Source: Eremomyces bilateralis CBS 781.70 (taxonomy: Eukaryota). From it: DNA of 64,000 nt. The stretch lies in NCBI GenBank assembly GCA_010015585.1, contig ML975165.1. One strand, 5' to 3'. A program made the translations under genes and the position numbers. A model generated the notes under the pieces. It had not been told where the DNA came from. It did no database searches and saw nothing but the letters and a program-made list of their open reading frames with translations. This document shows positions 14,229 to 27,011 of the stretch, in pieces (within the stretch, counting starts at the first letter, position 1; every line of letters starts with the position of its first letter).

Positions 14229-17200
14229 CTACCGCTTCGCCCCGCCTCCAGCCGTCGTGATATTCCCCGACGCGTCCATATTCCCCGTCAACTCCGCCAC
14301 CCGCGCCTTAATCCGCGCCACCCGTGACTCGATCGTCTCCTCCCCGCTCGTGTCTCCCTCCTCCGTCTTATCGTCGCTCTGGCTGCGACTTCGCCCCGTC
14401 GTCTGCTCCTCGCTCATTCGCGCCGCCCGCTCCTGCGCGTTCTTGCGGATCTGCGCCCATCGGTCGCCGACCGGGATCGGCTTGGCTTCGGAGGTGGGTT
14501 GCTGCGGTGGTGGTGCTGATGCGGCGGCGGCGGCGGGCTCTGGGGTGGGTTCGGGAGAGGGTTTGCGGACGGGGCGGGTGAGCGGGACGGCGGGGGCTTC
14601 GCGGGTGGGCTGTGCGTGGGCTGGCTGCGGGACCGGCGGAGGGGATTCGTGGCGGTAGGCGGGCTGGGGGTCGGGGGAGGGGGCGCGGACGGAGTGGTCG
14701 GAGGCGGAGTCCGGGACGTAGGCGGGGACGTCGGCGAGCGGGCCTTGGTCGAAGCGGGAGAACTCGGCGTCAGCTTCTTCCTGCTCGCTGGTGCCGATGC
14801 GGGAGGTTTGCTGCGGGCGGGGGGCGGGGTCGACGTAGGTGTGGGAAGGGTGCGAGGGCTGCGTCGGGGCGAAGACATGGTCCGGCTTGGTAGTCGGGGG
14901 CGAGGGTTCATCCGGCTCGTTGTATTCGATGATCGGCGCGGAGATGACCTTGCGTTGGGGTTCGGCAGGCGGCGCGGAGTCGTCCTTGGTCGACGGGCCA
15001 TCGGCCTTGTTCTTGCGACTGAAGATCCGCTTGAACCCGCTGCCACCGGACTGCTTCTGGAGCTTCTTCGGCTCTTTGCCGCCTTTGACGGATTCCGGGC
15101 TGGAGGAGCCTTTTCTCCAGGCCGCGTGATCGCGCTCCTCAGACGCAGACTCCTTCTTTTCAAGCGACGGAAGCGGAACGCCCGCGGCTTCCTGAACAGC
15201 GGCGGTACGCGTCGGCGTCTCCACTGGAGGCGTCGCGGGTAAAGGCGGTGGAGATGGCGATCGCACCGGCGTAGCTTCTCTCGGGAGCGCAGGCAGCTCA
15301 CGGTTGGACGCCTTCCGCGGAATGGGGGGCGACAAGGACCCGTTCGACGCCCCCAAGTCGACCCAGCTCCCACCGAGATTCTCCCTGGAGCCGCGACCGG
15401 CGTTCGGGTCGCTCAAGTACGCGGACTTGATCGCGCCGCGGTCGAACTCTTTCGCCCATTTCATCGCGGGGGCAGCCTCGCTCATGATCACTGGTTGTAG
15501 GGTCAGGACGCTGTTCGTCTTCTGCGACACGTCGTCGTCGTTTCGGGACCGACGCCCGTTCGATTTCTCGGCTTGGCGGTCGCGGTCTTTCTTCGCTAGT
15601 GCGGCGGCCGCGGCTTGGATCTTGGCTTGCTGGTCCGGTCCGATGGAGCTCTTCATCGGCGTGCTCGACGCGGCACGGTTGTACGGCTCCTTGATCGTGG
15701 GCGGCTGGTTCTTGGACTTCTTGCGCGCCAGTCGTCCGCGTCGGGAGAAGCTGAATCGGCTTTTCTTCTCAGCGATGTATGCGCCTTCTTCCGGGCCCGG
15801 CGAGGCACCCTTCACTTGCTCTTCGATGAGCAGCCATCGAGCGCCGGAGATGTCCGTCTCGATGAGCGCGCAGCGGCCGAAGACGGCTTTTCGTTGAGCG
15901 GGCTCTTCGCCAGCCAGGCTGGTGATCCACACCCACCAGAAGGTGTCGTCGAGGTCGAACTGCGTGATGCTCGCCAGCTCGCCCGGTTCAAGGTTGCCCT
16001 CCGGTTGAAAATGGCGAACATGCGACTGAGAACTATGTCCACGCTGCTCACCGATGGGTGGAAGCACTTTGTCCGGGGGAAGCAGCAGAGAGGATGGACC
16101 GGATTTCTTGTCGTCAACGAACCCGGTAGACAAGAAGTCCGCCCAGGAAGGCGTGGTCGGCCGCCCAAACGCCGTGTGAGACTGCGGAGTTCCACGCAGA
16201 CCTGCCGAAAATCCAGCCAGATCGCCAGCGCCCGAGGAGTTGCCATTCGCCTTGTTTACAAATCCGTCCGCGCCCGTGCCTGCGCCGGTATTGAAGCCGA
16301 GGTCTTCAAATCGGGACCACGACGGGTCACTCGCCCCCTCGGCTTTGGGATTGACTGCGGTCGACTTCGATTCATTGGTATGTGAGATGGCGTTCAACAC
16401 ACGACAACATTCATCGGTGAGGGCTTTGACCGGGTCTTCGTAAGCCGAGAACGTCTGCAGGGCCTCATCGTCATCGCGATATTCGAAATTCTTGGATCTT
16501 CGGAGCAGAGCAAAGGGGGTCGGTGACACGGCGTCGACGATCATCACCACCTTCGAAGTGGTGGTCTGAAGAAGGGTCGGTGTCTCGGGTGGATATTCGG
16601 TCTGTGAAAGCAGAGCTTGTAGTGATCTGGGAATTGCAGAGATCCCGCTGATGCCCCCTACGGAGTCTGGGGAGAGCGATCGAAGGTAGGCAAAGAACAG
16701 ATGACTGCAGGCGTCGGCGGCACTTTTGATCCGTTAGCATCATATCGCCCAGAACGACAAGGGATTCCATACTTTGTCCAGGACTTGTATCCTCCATCGA
16801 AACCATTCCCCTGGTCCGTATGTTCAAAGGCCCACCATCCGGCCATGCGCGATAATTTGCGTCCACCCAATCCATTAGTTTTGCTTCTGGCAGCCACTGC
16901 AGCGAGGAGGTCGAAGAAATCAAAGATGATTTGTTTCCGAGCATCGGAATCGACGCTCAGGGGGATGAAGGTGTCGAAGGCGTTGCGGGCCATGTTCGAG
17001 TCTATCGGGTGTCAACGCTTGAATTCCGGGTATATCTCACTAAACTCACCTTGTTCGCCAATCTTGAAAACCTCATAAGCGTCCCAAGTGACAAGGCCGC
17101 CAGCGAGTCGGCTCCAGCACCATTTGAGGACACTGCAGAGGACCTAGACAAGTCAGGACTTTTCTTAGGTATCAGCGAGCCATAACTCACCATTGGCTCC

Positions 17201-17611
17201 GTCAGGCGCAGCTCCTGCTGCAGATGCGTGCCGGTATATAGTCCGCTCTCCTCGTACTGTGCCTTGAAGAAGTTCCTGACCAAACTCTTCGCGGAGCTGG
17301 TGTCGCTGTCGGGACGGAAGGGAAGCATGACGAAGGGGGTGTCGAGGGCTATAAACATCCGATTAGTCGACCGAAAAAATTCCATGAAACAATGCGCCAG
17401 GATGCGTCGGACAGGTGGAAGCCATACCCCTTGATTTCATCTCGTGAGTACACTCGTGGATAAGCTCGCGGACCTCCTCCGAGGCCAACTCGGTTCTCGA
17501 CCACGCATCTTCCCAACGCGGTTTGGGCTTGGAGACGGGGTCATTCTGCGGGAGGGCATTCTTCTTCGAGGCAGCGCCCTTGCTCCTAAACACGCGGGAG
17601 AAGAAGGACAT
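14229..17611 (-). CDS. Msb1/Mug8-domain (DUF1708) morphogenesis/polarity protein, 4 exons
   Basis: WEDAWSR...LIHECTHEMKSRALDTPFVMLPFRP; SKTNGLGGRKLSRMAGWWAF; AADACSHLFFAYLR; FWWVWITSLAGEEP; C-terminal ETIESRVARIKARVAELTG. These are typical of Pezizomycotina Msb1 homologs. Confidence 0.82.
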
Positions 17612-19668
17612 GGCGTCGAGATGGGTCGGGGGAGTTCGAGGCCGGGGATGTTGCCTTCTCCCAGCGAGACAGTAGCACGGTGCGGTGCAGCAGGAACGAT
17701 GGCGAGGGAAGTGTGAGGACGTCTAAGTAAAGTTCTGGCGCAAGATGACGACCGTGCTCGGTTGCATGGAAAATCAAAAGCAAGAGTTTAATTAGAAGTG
17801 GTGGAAATCGAAAGTGAACGGGTTCAAGTGACAAGAAATTGATGCGGTTGGGGGAGCGAAGCAGGGGGAAACGCGGTCGACACGTCAAGGGGAAGAGAAT
17901 GCCAATCAATGAAGGCAACGGTGCGCAGATTCACAGGCAGAAATGGAGTAGATGGAGCCTATTCGGTGCCAGGCAAACGGTCGCAAGAATCGAAGGCAAA
18001 TGAAGGAGTGTGATTGCGGAAATGTCAGATGAATTTCATAAGGGAGTGAATGAAATCGAGGATGTTGGACCTCCTGAGTCTGGAGCATTTTCCAGGAACC
18101 AGTAAGGATGCCAACAAAAGGATGCTAATAAGAAGGGATTGTTAAGGACTGACCATTAATTTGGGCTAGCCTGGTTTCAATTCGGTTCTGATCGTCTTCC
18201 TCGAGCCAACTCATCGCCGCCGTCCACCACTTCCTCGTCCGCCTATGAAATATCAAATACTGCTATTTTCTGCGTGATATGCACTCCATGCGGTTACGTT
18301 GAGACCTCTACTATGTCCATTCGCAGAGAACTGGCACAAGAACTCTCCGAAGCGGTGGAAGGTCCTAGAGGCTAGAACACGGCTTCGGAGCCACGTCGAC
18401 GACTTATATTCGCTGTTAAGCCATAAGGGTTCTCCTTTCCACTCGACCGAGACTCCGATCCATCTCATAGGGGCGCTTTGTTGTTGTTCGCTGGAGTGCT
18501 TTTCTCCAGCTTCTGCAAGAACCCAATATCAATCCTTAGCCATCTCAGGGGATACGAACTCCAGTAATTGCTCCTCCTCTACTGCAGATAGCGGAACGCC
18601 CCATCACCAGATTTCCCAATGCGTGATAGCGTTCTCCCCACCAGAACATCCAATCTCGCCCTACAAAAGCTCCTGTCCCCTACCAAGCAGCTTTGCAAGG
18701 AACCTCCTGGACTGCTGAACTCCTGGTAATTACATAGTAAATACCATTGGGATTTTGGTAATGGTTTCAATGGAGTCCCATCCAACAATTACTTCCTCGG
18801 TTATCCCCCCAGACGTTCCACAACATGGCGGCCTGGATTTCGATTTTGGTATCACATTCCCCTCAGGACCACGAAGAGCCCCTCGCTAACGTAGATGGGC
18901 ATCCTGCAGCGGCTGCTCGAGCTCAATGCGGTCTGGGGATGGTATGACACCACATGTGAGCCTCCTTACGGTCTCACAGCATCATTTGTCTATTTTCATC
19001 CTCAACCGAAGCTGGTGTTATTACCCCTTGGAGACAATAACAATGGTACATATTAATCCGCTCTGACACCGGGCCTGGATCTATGCGAGCGGTTGCAGGG
19101 ACTAGGCATAGTACCAACATCCCCTTGATATCCAGGTATCAACCTCTCCATAATACTCATTTACTGTTTTTCTGGTTCCAAATCTCCTCATAGTTGTCGA
19201 ATTGTGTTTCCATGTCATCGTAAATTCTTAGGATCCTGCCATTGCCTGGCAAGTTGAACATCGGCCTGCGCACTGATCGCTTCATATTGCCCATGCCTCT
19301 TCGCTTTCAATCGGCTCCGCGTCGAAGCATCCACGCTAGCACTGGATGTGAGTGCTCGACATCCAAACTGCGTAAATCTGATGCGCGACCATACCATTGG
19401 ATTCGAGAGGACCAGACCCTTCAAGATGAGGGGATCGACCTCGTCGTCGTGCGAAGCGTACCCCGTTTCACTCGACAAGATTGGTGATGTCATACTAACC
19501 GAATCGTGAAGCCATAAATATAACCACCTTTTGTTGAATGTCGACTTGCTCATGTGGTCTTCTTTTGCTGTCGGAAAGAGATTTCAATTTCGACCCGTGT
19601 CTGGAAGAGCTAATATCACATCCCAAACAAACCATCTCCATCACCATTCCCTCCGCTGGTCCTCTAAA

Positions 19669-20130
19669 ATGGTCAAAGACGCCGACACGGTTATCAAGTA
19701 CTCAACCCCCACTTACCAACGACCCCAACTAACACCTCCCCAGAGAGTTCAACGAGCTCGTCAACATGACAGCCCCCGAGCTCCAAACCTGGCTCAAGCA
19801 ACCCGAATCTACCGACGCCGGCTACTCCAAATCCGACAACTCTGGCGAGACCATCGGCCACGAGAGGTACGGCACCTATCCCCCCTCCCACACCTTCCAC
19901 GCCTAACCGCCCCGCTAACCGCTCCTAGCGGCCGGAAAATACTCTCAATCCTCGAGAAGAACCCGACCAAAGACCCGGCGCAGTACGGCGATGAGGACAT
20001 CGATCATATGCGGAAGGTCGTGGCGTATAACAAGCGGCATTTGGCGCAGGAGGGGGCGGCGAAGCGGGATGAGGGGAGTCGGGCGTGTCGGTCGTTGAAG
20101 AATTGGGGACATGATGCGCGGAAGGAGTAG
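19669..20130 (+). CDS. DUF3140-family small protein (exons 19669-19697, 19744-19866, 19929-20130)
   Basis: Spliced product MVKDADTVIKEFNELVNMTAPELQTWL...GETIGHESGRKILSIL...DIDHMRKVVAYNKRHLAQ...SLKNWGHD carries the VNMT..EL..WL, GHESGR, HMRKVV.Y..RHLAQ and SL.NWGHD motifs. Confidence 0.85.
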   Translation: MVKDADTVIKYSTPTYQRPQLTPPQRVQRARQHDSPRAPNLAQATRIYRRRLLQIRQLWRDHRPREVRHLSPLPHLPRLTAPLTAPSGRKILSILEKNPTKDPAQYGDEDIDHMRKVVAYNKRHLAQEGAAKRDEGSRACRSLKNWGHDARKE

Positions 20131-22467
20131 GGAGGTGAGGACTGAGGAAGTAGTTTGCTGTCCAAGAATAGACGGTGGGTTGGTTGGGGCTGTTTCTGAT
20201 CGACGTGCTGGTCTTGCGGCTGGTGCCACGCTACTACGTGATCAAGTCATCTGGAGATTCATTTTCTTTGGCAGTATCAAAATGATTTCGACCATCGCCC
20301 AAACTGATCCCAAAACACGAACAACCGTCAGCCGACATGTAGGAATGCGGCGTATAAGGCATTCCACCTCGCCACACCGTATCTGAACTTGTCTCCACCA
20401 ATTGATATCCTATCAACAGTTATCTGATTCCCCAAAGCGACATCAGCCAGTTCAGCAACGCCGGGCATCCTCACCACGACCAGCGAATCAGATCCCGGAC
20501 CCGCCGATCTCATCCAGCAGCACAGCATCACCCCCCGTCATTGGCCGCCGCGCTAAATTCTGAAACACCCTACACCTTCGATTTGAAGGCGTTGGCAGTT
20601 GGCGGTTGGTTCCGGAAGATCCCCTGAACGGCTTGAGGATGGATATGCATAAGCCTGGCATAGCCACGATCGTCTGGTAGATACGCGACAGCCAGGTCTT
20701 CTCATCTCCAGCCTCACTTCACTTCGCACAGATTGCCCTCGTCGGAGACCGATCCCCCGCATATTCCTATTCGACCTGGACTCTAATATGTAATATATTA
20801 AGGACTAGGCAGAAGCAGGAACAGGCCGCGAAGCGAGCAAATCAGCACGGTGATGTCCGGTCATGATGGTATATATCTGAAAGCCAATCGATCCTGAACC
20901 ATCACTCTAACTAACGACTGGAATGTTTTTGGAGGAGGAAGATGGACAGACCGCTCAGTGCTAATCGGGAAGTTCATGTTCCCAGTTCCTATGATAGCTT
21001 TTCGAAGTGCCTGATTCCAAATCGAGGTATCCTGTACTGGTTCGCATAAGGTATCTCTTACGTACCTCACCGCAACTCCGTCCGCTGTTCACCTCAGTCA
21101 TCAACTAGCAGATAGACTATTGGCAGTCCCTTGATTGAAGGTACATACGGTATTATCCTGATCACGGCTGTACCTGCTCAGTGCTCAGAGCAGCGATGTC
21201 ACGTACCCCTCGCGCTCAGGTAGCAAACAGGAGGCGTTAGTACTATGGACTGTTGCCATTGGTAAGGAACTCTACTCTCGACACGCCTGGTGGGGCTGTG
21301 TAATGTATCGAAATATTTATATACTGTATTGTAACTTATATGTTCTGACTAAACTGTACAGCTCCTTGTAATAGCGGCATACACATTGAACTAGGTAATT
21401 ATCATCCATATTCATTAATGCCTAATACCTCCTAGGTAATTAGATGTCGCAGGCCAAGGCATGAGCTCTAGGAGTCCAAGGCTGCAAACTGCATTAACCA
21501 TCTTGCCGTGATTCTCGTATATCTGTAGCGCCGGGGGACTAGGCATTCAGCTAGAACACACAGCTTACACACAACTTACACAATACAACAACTTCGCTGC
21601 TGTAACAACAGCACCTAACTCCCAACCATTTTAGCACATCACGTGCGACATTAGACTATGGTTGGTATTTACTCTATGAGGACAACAATACATGTAAGTT
21701 GCACAGAAGGTGTAAAATTGGATTCCGGTCAATAATTCCAACATAACAAACCCATTAGTAAGTAGTACTAGGGAATGAACCAATGGTGACTAATGAACCT
21801 AAGTCAAGCACTCAAGAGTCAAGCATATATTATTTGAGTGTTTATTTTAGGCATATTCACGTGATTGAACCTGAAACTCACAGCCATACGATACCAAGCT
21901 GTATTTCGACTAGTGGTCCATGTGCACAGTGCAGTGGCGTCCGTGATTGATTGACTAATGATTCACTAGCTACAGCAACTGGCTATTTGGCTCCCCCCCT
22001 CCCCCCAAATGGCATTGTCCAACTCTGGTCTCAGTCTTCCCGTCATCTGTCCGTCTGTCCGTCTCCCAGCCTGCAGGTCGAAGGCGTTCATCCTTTGCTA
22101 TCTTTAGCATCAACAATTCCACCCTTCAACCAGCCCTTGACGCTTGACGACACACCCGCCATCCCACTCCCAGTTAACTTAGTTGTCAGTCGTGAAGTCG
22201 TGAACTGCGTGCCCTGCAGAGCCTCACCACCCGTGCCTTGCTTGCGACCGTTGTCCGTTCTCCTTCTGCCGCTTTTCACCACTCATTCTCCATTCCAATT
22301 CCCATCATCTGCCATCCAAGTGGGTCAGCGGATTGCTTCTCGTCATTCACTTCTGCATTTTGGCGACAGCGCATTCGGCCAACGGTTCTTCATCGCGTTG
22401 GCTGTCCGTTGCGCGCTTGTCCCCGTCGAACTCGACCCTGTTTGCATGCGTATGACCACGACGAGCC

Positions 22468-24278
22468 ATGGGTAGACGGAAAATCGAGATCAAGGCGATC
22501 AAGGATGATCGGAATCGCTCTGTGTAAGTCTGCCCCTCCGCGCGGTTAGATGTATACCTCCATCGGACAATATCTAACGGATGTACCTGTAGGACGTTCT
22601 TGAAACGAAAAGGCGGGTTATTCAAAAAGGCACACGAACTGTCCGTATTATGCTCCGTCGACGTCGCAGTCATCATCTTTGGCCACAACAAGAAGCTCTA
22701 TGAATTTTCATCCGGCGACATCAACGAGACGTTGGGAAGATACCAATATGTTCGCTCGCAAGTATGTGGCAAGAATAACATGATCGGGACGTAACTGATC
22801 GCGCGTAGTTCGGCGGTGCTCACGAGCACAAGGGACCGGAAGATTTCATGGGAAAGAAGGACATGGACGACGAAGAAGAAGACGACGAAGGTCCTCCATC
22901 AATCCGGGATTCGCATACTCCTCCCGACCATCCCATGATGCGCCATCATCTCCAAGCACCGGCTTTCCAACATATCAATCAACACCACGCACCGTCACAG
23001 TCGCCGCCGATGCACAACGGTATGGGTTTCCGTGGACCGTCCCCTCAACCGCCAACGTCAAGACCCGGGTCGAGGACACACGTCCGAAGGACCAGCTCAA
23101 ATCTAGCTCCACCCCATGCTCAAGCGTCCGGACCTCCTCCTCAGCAGAGCTATGCATATATGCCCAATCCGCCCATTTACAACCCCCAAGCGGCAGCCGC
23201 GGCAGGCATGCCGGTCCGACCACCAAGCGGACCGCCGCCTCAACATGGAGTTTCCTACCCCCCGCAGTATCAACAGACCTACCCTCCACCGAATCCCCAT
23301 CTCCAACAGGCGATTGCACAGGAACATCGACGACAATCGATGCCAGCATCCGTACCCGCGCAAGATCAACGACAGGGCCCGCCGCAGTCGCAGCAACGAC
23401 TCCAACCTCCCCAACCGCCACCGCACCGTTCACCGCAACCCGAGCAGCAAAACTTCCAAAGCCCCCCGATGCCGCAGCCGAAACCGCTTCCTTCGTCCGC
23501 ACGAAACAGCATCTTCACCCCCATCGACGACAAGCGGTCCTTACTAGCGCAACACTGGGGCGAGCCCTCCCGCCACGACCCCGGCGCCAAACCCGACGGC
23601 CGCTCCACCTCCATCGACGTCTCCTCCATCAACCGCGACCTCTCCAGCGCACCCCCTCCCCGCACCAGCTCCATCACTTCTGTCCCCACCCTCAACCCCT
23701 CCAGCCGCACCAACAGCCTCCAAACCGACCTCAAGCGCCCCCGCCTTCGCGTCGAGATCCCTTCCGAACACTCCGACAGCGACCCAGGCTCCTCCGCCTC
23801 CCCCAAGGACCCTACCACCGCCCTCCGCACTCCCGTCCGCGGACCCGGCGAATCCGGCGTCGTCCTCCCCCCGCCCTCCCCCTCTGCTAGCGCCCTCCTC
23901 AGCGCTGGCGCCGCCGGGCCGCCTAACCCCTTCGCACGTCCGCCCCCACCCAACTCCACCGCCAATAACAACAACAACAACAACAACAACAACAACGGCA
24001 ACCCCGCCGCCTACCGCGCTGGCAGCGACATGGAGACCCCTATCTCCGCGCTGCCGAGCCGGTTCGTCTCCGATCAGCTGCTGCCGTCGCCGTCGAGCTT
24101 CTATCCCGAGTGGGGGTTCGGGCGAGAGCCGAACATGTTGCCGAGCCCGTTGGCGTTCCCGACCCCGGTGGGACAAGGGGGCGGCGGGTTTCGGGGGGAA
24201 GAGGGGGAGGCGGAGCGGGAGAGGAAGCGAAAGGGGGAGGAGGGGGAGGCCGGGGATGTGAAGAGGACGCGGACGTGA
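22468..24278 (+). CDS. RLM1: MEF2-type MADS-box transcription factor (Rlm1/RlmA-like), 2 introns
   Basis: [52 protein letters not shown] box; C-terminal [11 protein letters not shown] and [12 protein letters not shown] motifs. Confidence 0.95.
23964..23996 (+). repeat. AAT(AAC)10 microsatellite encoding poly-Asn in Rlm1
   Basis: Visible trinucleotide repeat, in frame within the CDS. Confidence 0.95.
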
Positions 24279-25224
24279 GGGGCTGCTTTACCTAGCATCC
24301 GCCCTCATCTCCACACCCTTCTTTGTTGTTTTCGGATCATCGTTGCTCGTTCCTTCCTTTCGAGCGGAAAATGTTAGGTGGTTTCATCACGGTTTCATCT
24401 TCGGCGACGATTTTACTCTTTATAATTCCGGTATTTACGGTTGGCGCAATATCTGGTTCGAAAATGATGGGTTCTATGCTCTATTCTATCCACACGCTCC
24501 TTTTCTTTGATCACGGATACGGACACGGACAAGTGGTCATTCATGGTCGGGTATTACGCGATGGGAATCAATCGCGGCCCGAGATATCGGAGTTTGTGTA
24601 GATTGGTGCGTTTTTTCTCGGACGGCCTTGGTAGTGTGATATCGGATAACTACAAAATGTTAAGATGGTACTCTTCTCTGTGTCTCGTGAAGTAATTGCG
24701 TGCTAGGCAGTATCAGGATTGATATCCCTGAGCTCGCCGAGGAGGTAACTGTAGTCACAGGACCCTGATGACCCGATCGATGCCCAGCCCACATTGCAGC
24801 CTTGTGTCCTCATCACCATCCTCCCATAACAGTGCCACAGAAGCGAACCCTCCTTGCAATCAATCGTCACAATCAGTGCTACTCTGTTGACTCCAACTCT
24901 CCTAAATTCCCACCCTCCTCTTCCCAAGTAAGCCTTACCGCACCCCTCATTCCTACCGCACTGTCCCCCTTCCTCGCCCTGCCAATCGCCTACATCGCCT
25001 TATCATCCGCTTTAGCGCCCGCCAGTCTCGCAAGGCTGGCCTATTGCGTCAAAGCCGGAGATCGGTCTGCACTCTGGAGGCTAAGTAGGACGTAGGTCAA
25101 CGCGGAGCCGCATCGGAGCTTCCGACGTGGATGTGCATGTAAGGAGGGTCGTTTCCGGCCCCCGAGCCTTGAACACAGCGAAGGGACGCTCTTTTGACTA
25201 AAGGACGTGCAACAATCCGAAGCG

Positions 25225-26654
25225 ATGGCGTATAACAAAGGATATAACCCAGATGCGCTTCCCGCGCACGCGGAGCCGGAAGAAGTGAGTACCTACCATG
25301 GCCAACCATCCCACCCACCATCCCCTCTCACCCCCCGCTCAACCCCTCGACCCTCCCACCCCCACTAACGCCCCCTAGGCCGCCCAAATCCTCCACTCCA
25401 AACCTCCCGGCACCCGTCCCCCCCCCCCCTCCCCCCCCACCCCTACGCCACCAAACCCCCGCCCCCGCGCCCGGACGACCGTCGCCGCGACGACCGCGAC
25501 CGTCCCCACCACCGCTCTGATAGCTACCGCCGCGACGACCGCCCGCCCCCGCCCAGCGGCAGCGGCGGGAGACACGCAGACGGGCGCGATCCACGGGATG
25601 ATCCGCGCGCGTATGGATACGGGAGCCCGCCGCCAGGGAGTTTTGGGTATCAGAATTTGGGGGGGGTGGCACAGGGGGGTGGTGGCGGAGGGGGGTATGG
25701 GAGGACGGGGTCGCAGAGGTTGTCGGGGGCAGGGGCACCGGCACCGGCGCCGCCGAGGGATGCGAATGATCGGGATGCGTTGTGGCCGCTGTTTAAGGCG
25801 GTGGATAAGAATGGTGAGTTTGGATGGGTGGGCGGTTTTTATTTGGCGAGAGGGGAGGGGTTCGGAATGGTGGATGTGGCAGATGCTGACGATGGATAGA
25901 CAGTAATCAGTTGTCGGAGAAGGAGCTGTCAACGGCGCTGGTCAATGGGGATTACTCGAGCTTCGATCCGCATACGATACGGATGATGATCCGGTGGGTT
26001 GCGTTTGGTCTACACGTGCGACTCTGTCCGGAATTATACTGACTGCGCGGCTTGAAGGATGTTTGACATAGATCGCTCGAACACGATCAACTTCGACGAG
26101 TTCTGGTAAGTTATGGCTGTGCTCCGTTTTAGAGTTGCTTCCTGGAGGATCCATGGCGCATGATGCTTCATTGAGACTAATATGACGTCTCTAGTGGTCT
26201 ATGGGGCTTCCTGCACGCCTGGAGAACACTGTTCGACCGCTTCGACGTTGACCGATCAGGAAATATCCAATACACCGAGTTTTCCGATGCCCTCGTTGCA
26301 TTCGGCTATCGGCTCTCTCCCCAGTTCGTGACGCTCATCTTCAGGACGTACGACCGCCGGAACGAGAATGCAATATCCTTCGACCTCTTCGTGCAAGCGT
26401 GCATCAGCCTCAAGCGGATGACGGACGTCTTCAAGAAGTACGACGAGGATCGGGATGGGTATATCACGTTAAGCTTGTAAGTTCATCCGAGCCATTGCTT
26501 CTACCATCGCTGTAGGCAAACGTCGCCGGAATTCACGCTAACTGCCTGATAGCGAGCAATTTCTCACAGGTGCGCAAGAACTCTTCCTTTTCAACAGCAT
26601 CTCCTCGGTCACTGATACTGGCCTGTACTAGAAATCCTGACGCAAGCTCAATAA
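25225..26654 (+). CDS. PEF1: Penta-EF-hand protein Pef1/peflin (7 exons; apparent 1-nt frameshift in exon 2)
   Basis: MAYNKGYNPDALPAHAEPEE; LWPLFKAVDKN; RMFDIDRSNTINFDEFCGLWGFLHAWRTLFDRFDVDRSGNI; SFDLFVQACISLKRMTDVFKKYDEDRDGYITLSFEQFL. Confidence 0.92.
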
Positions 26655-27011
26655 TGGGCGATTGGAATGGCAGAGTAAGATGGTTGGTACCTTCAAAATG
26701 GAAGTTGGATGCGGCGTAAGGAGGAAGGAATTGGCACTTCTTACCCTCAGAACTCGGGTATTAGTTGGGCATGTCAAATTGGCATGGACTCAAGCTCTTA
26801 TTAAAAGCGCATCGAGCCACAGATAGTTCAGATAGGAGTGAAGACGGAGGATGAAACGATTGCTTGTTCTTCATATGCCTTTGAGACCAATGCACGTGAC
26901 CACGCGATGTTCCTGTTTCCTGGGCGTTTGATTGTTTGAAGCTCCATCCAAATATGTCTTGTTGATAACTTACCTCTCCACCACGCAATTGAACTACACG
27001 ACCCTCCAAAC

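Noticed and set aside
3009..21876. Shared 12-mer ATTGAACCTGAA near CACGTG boxes upstream of ATP1 (3009) and RLM1 (about 21864)
   Set aside because: Many 12-mer matches are expected by chance in 64 kb, and it lacks TPP riboswitch context.
21300..22460. Autoregulatory Rlm1/MEF2 site upstream of RLM1
   Set aside because: The nearest match (TTATTTTAG near 21842) does not fit CTA(A/T)4TAG.
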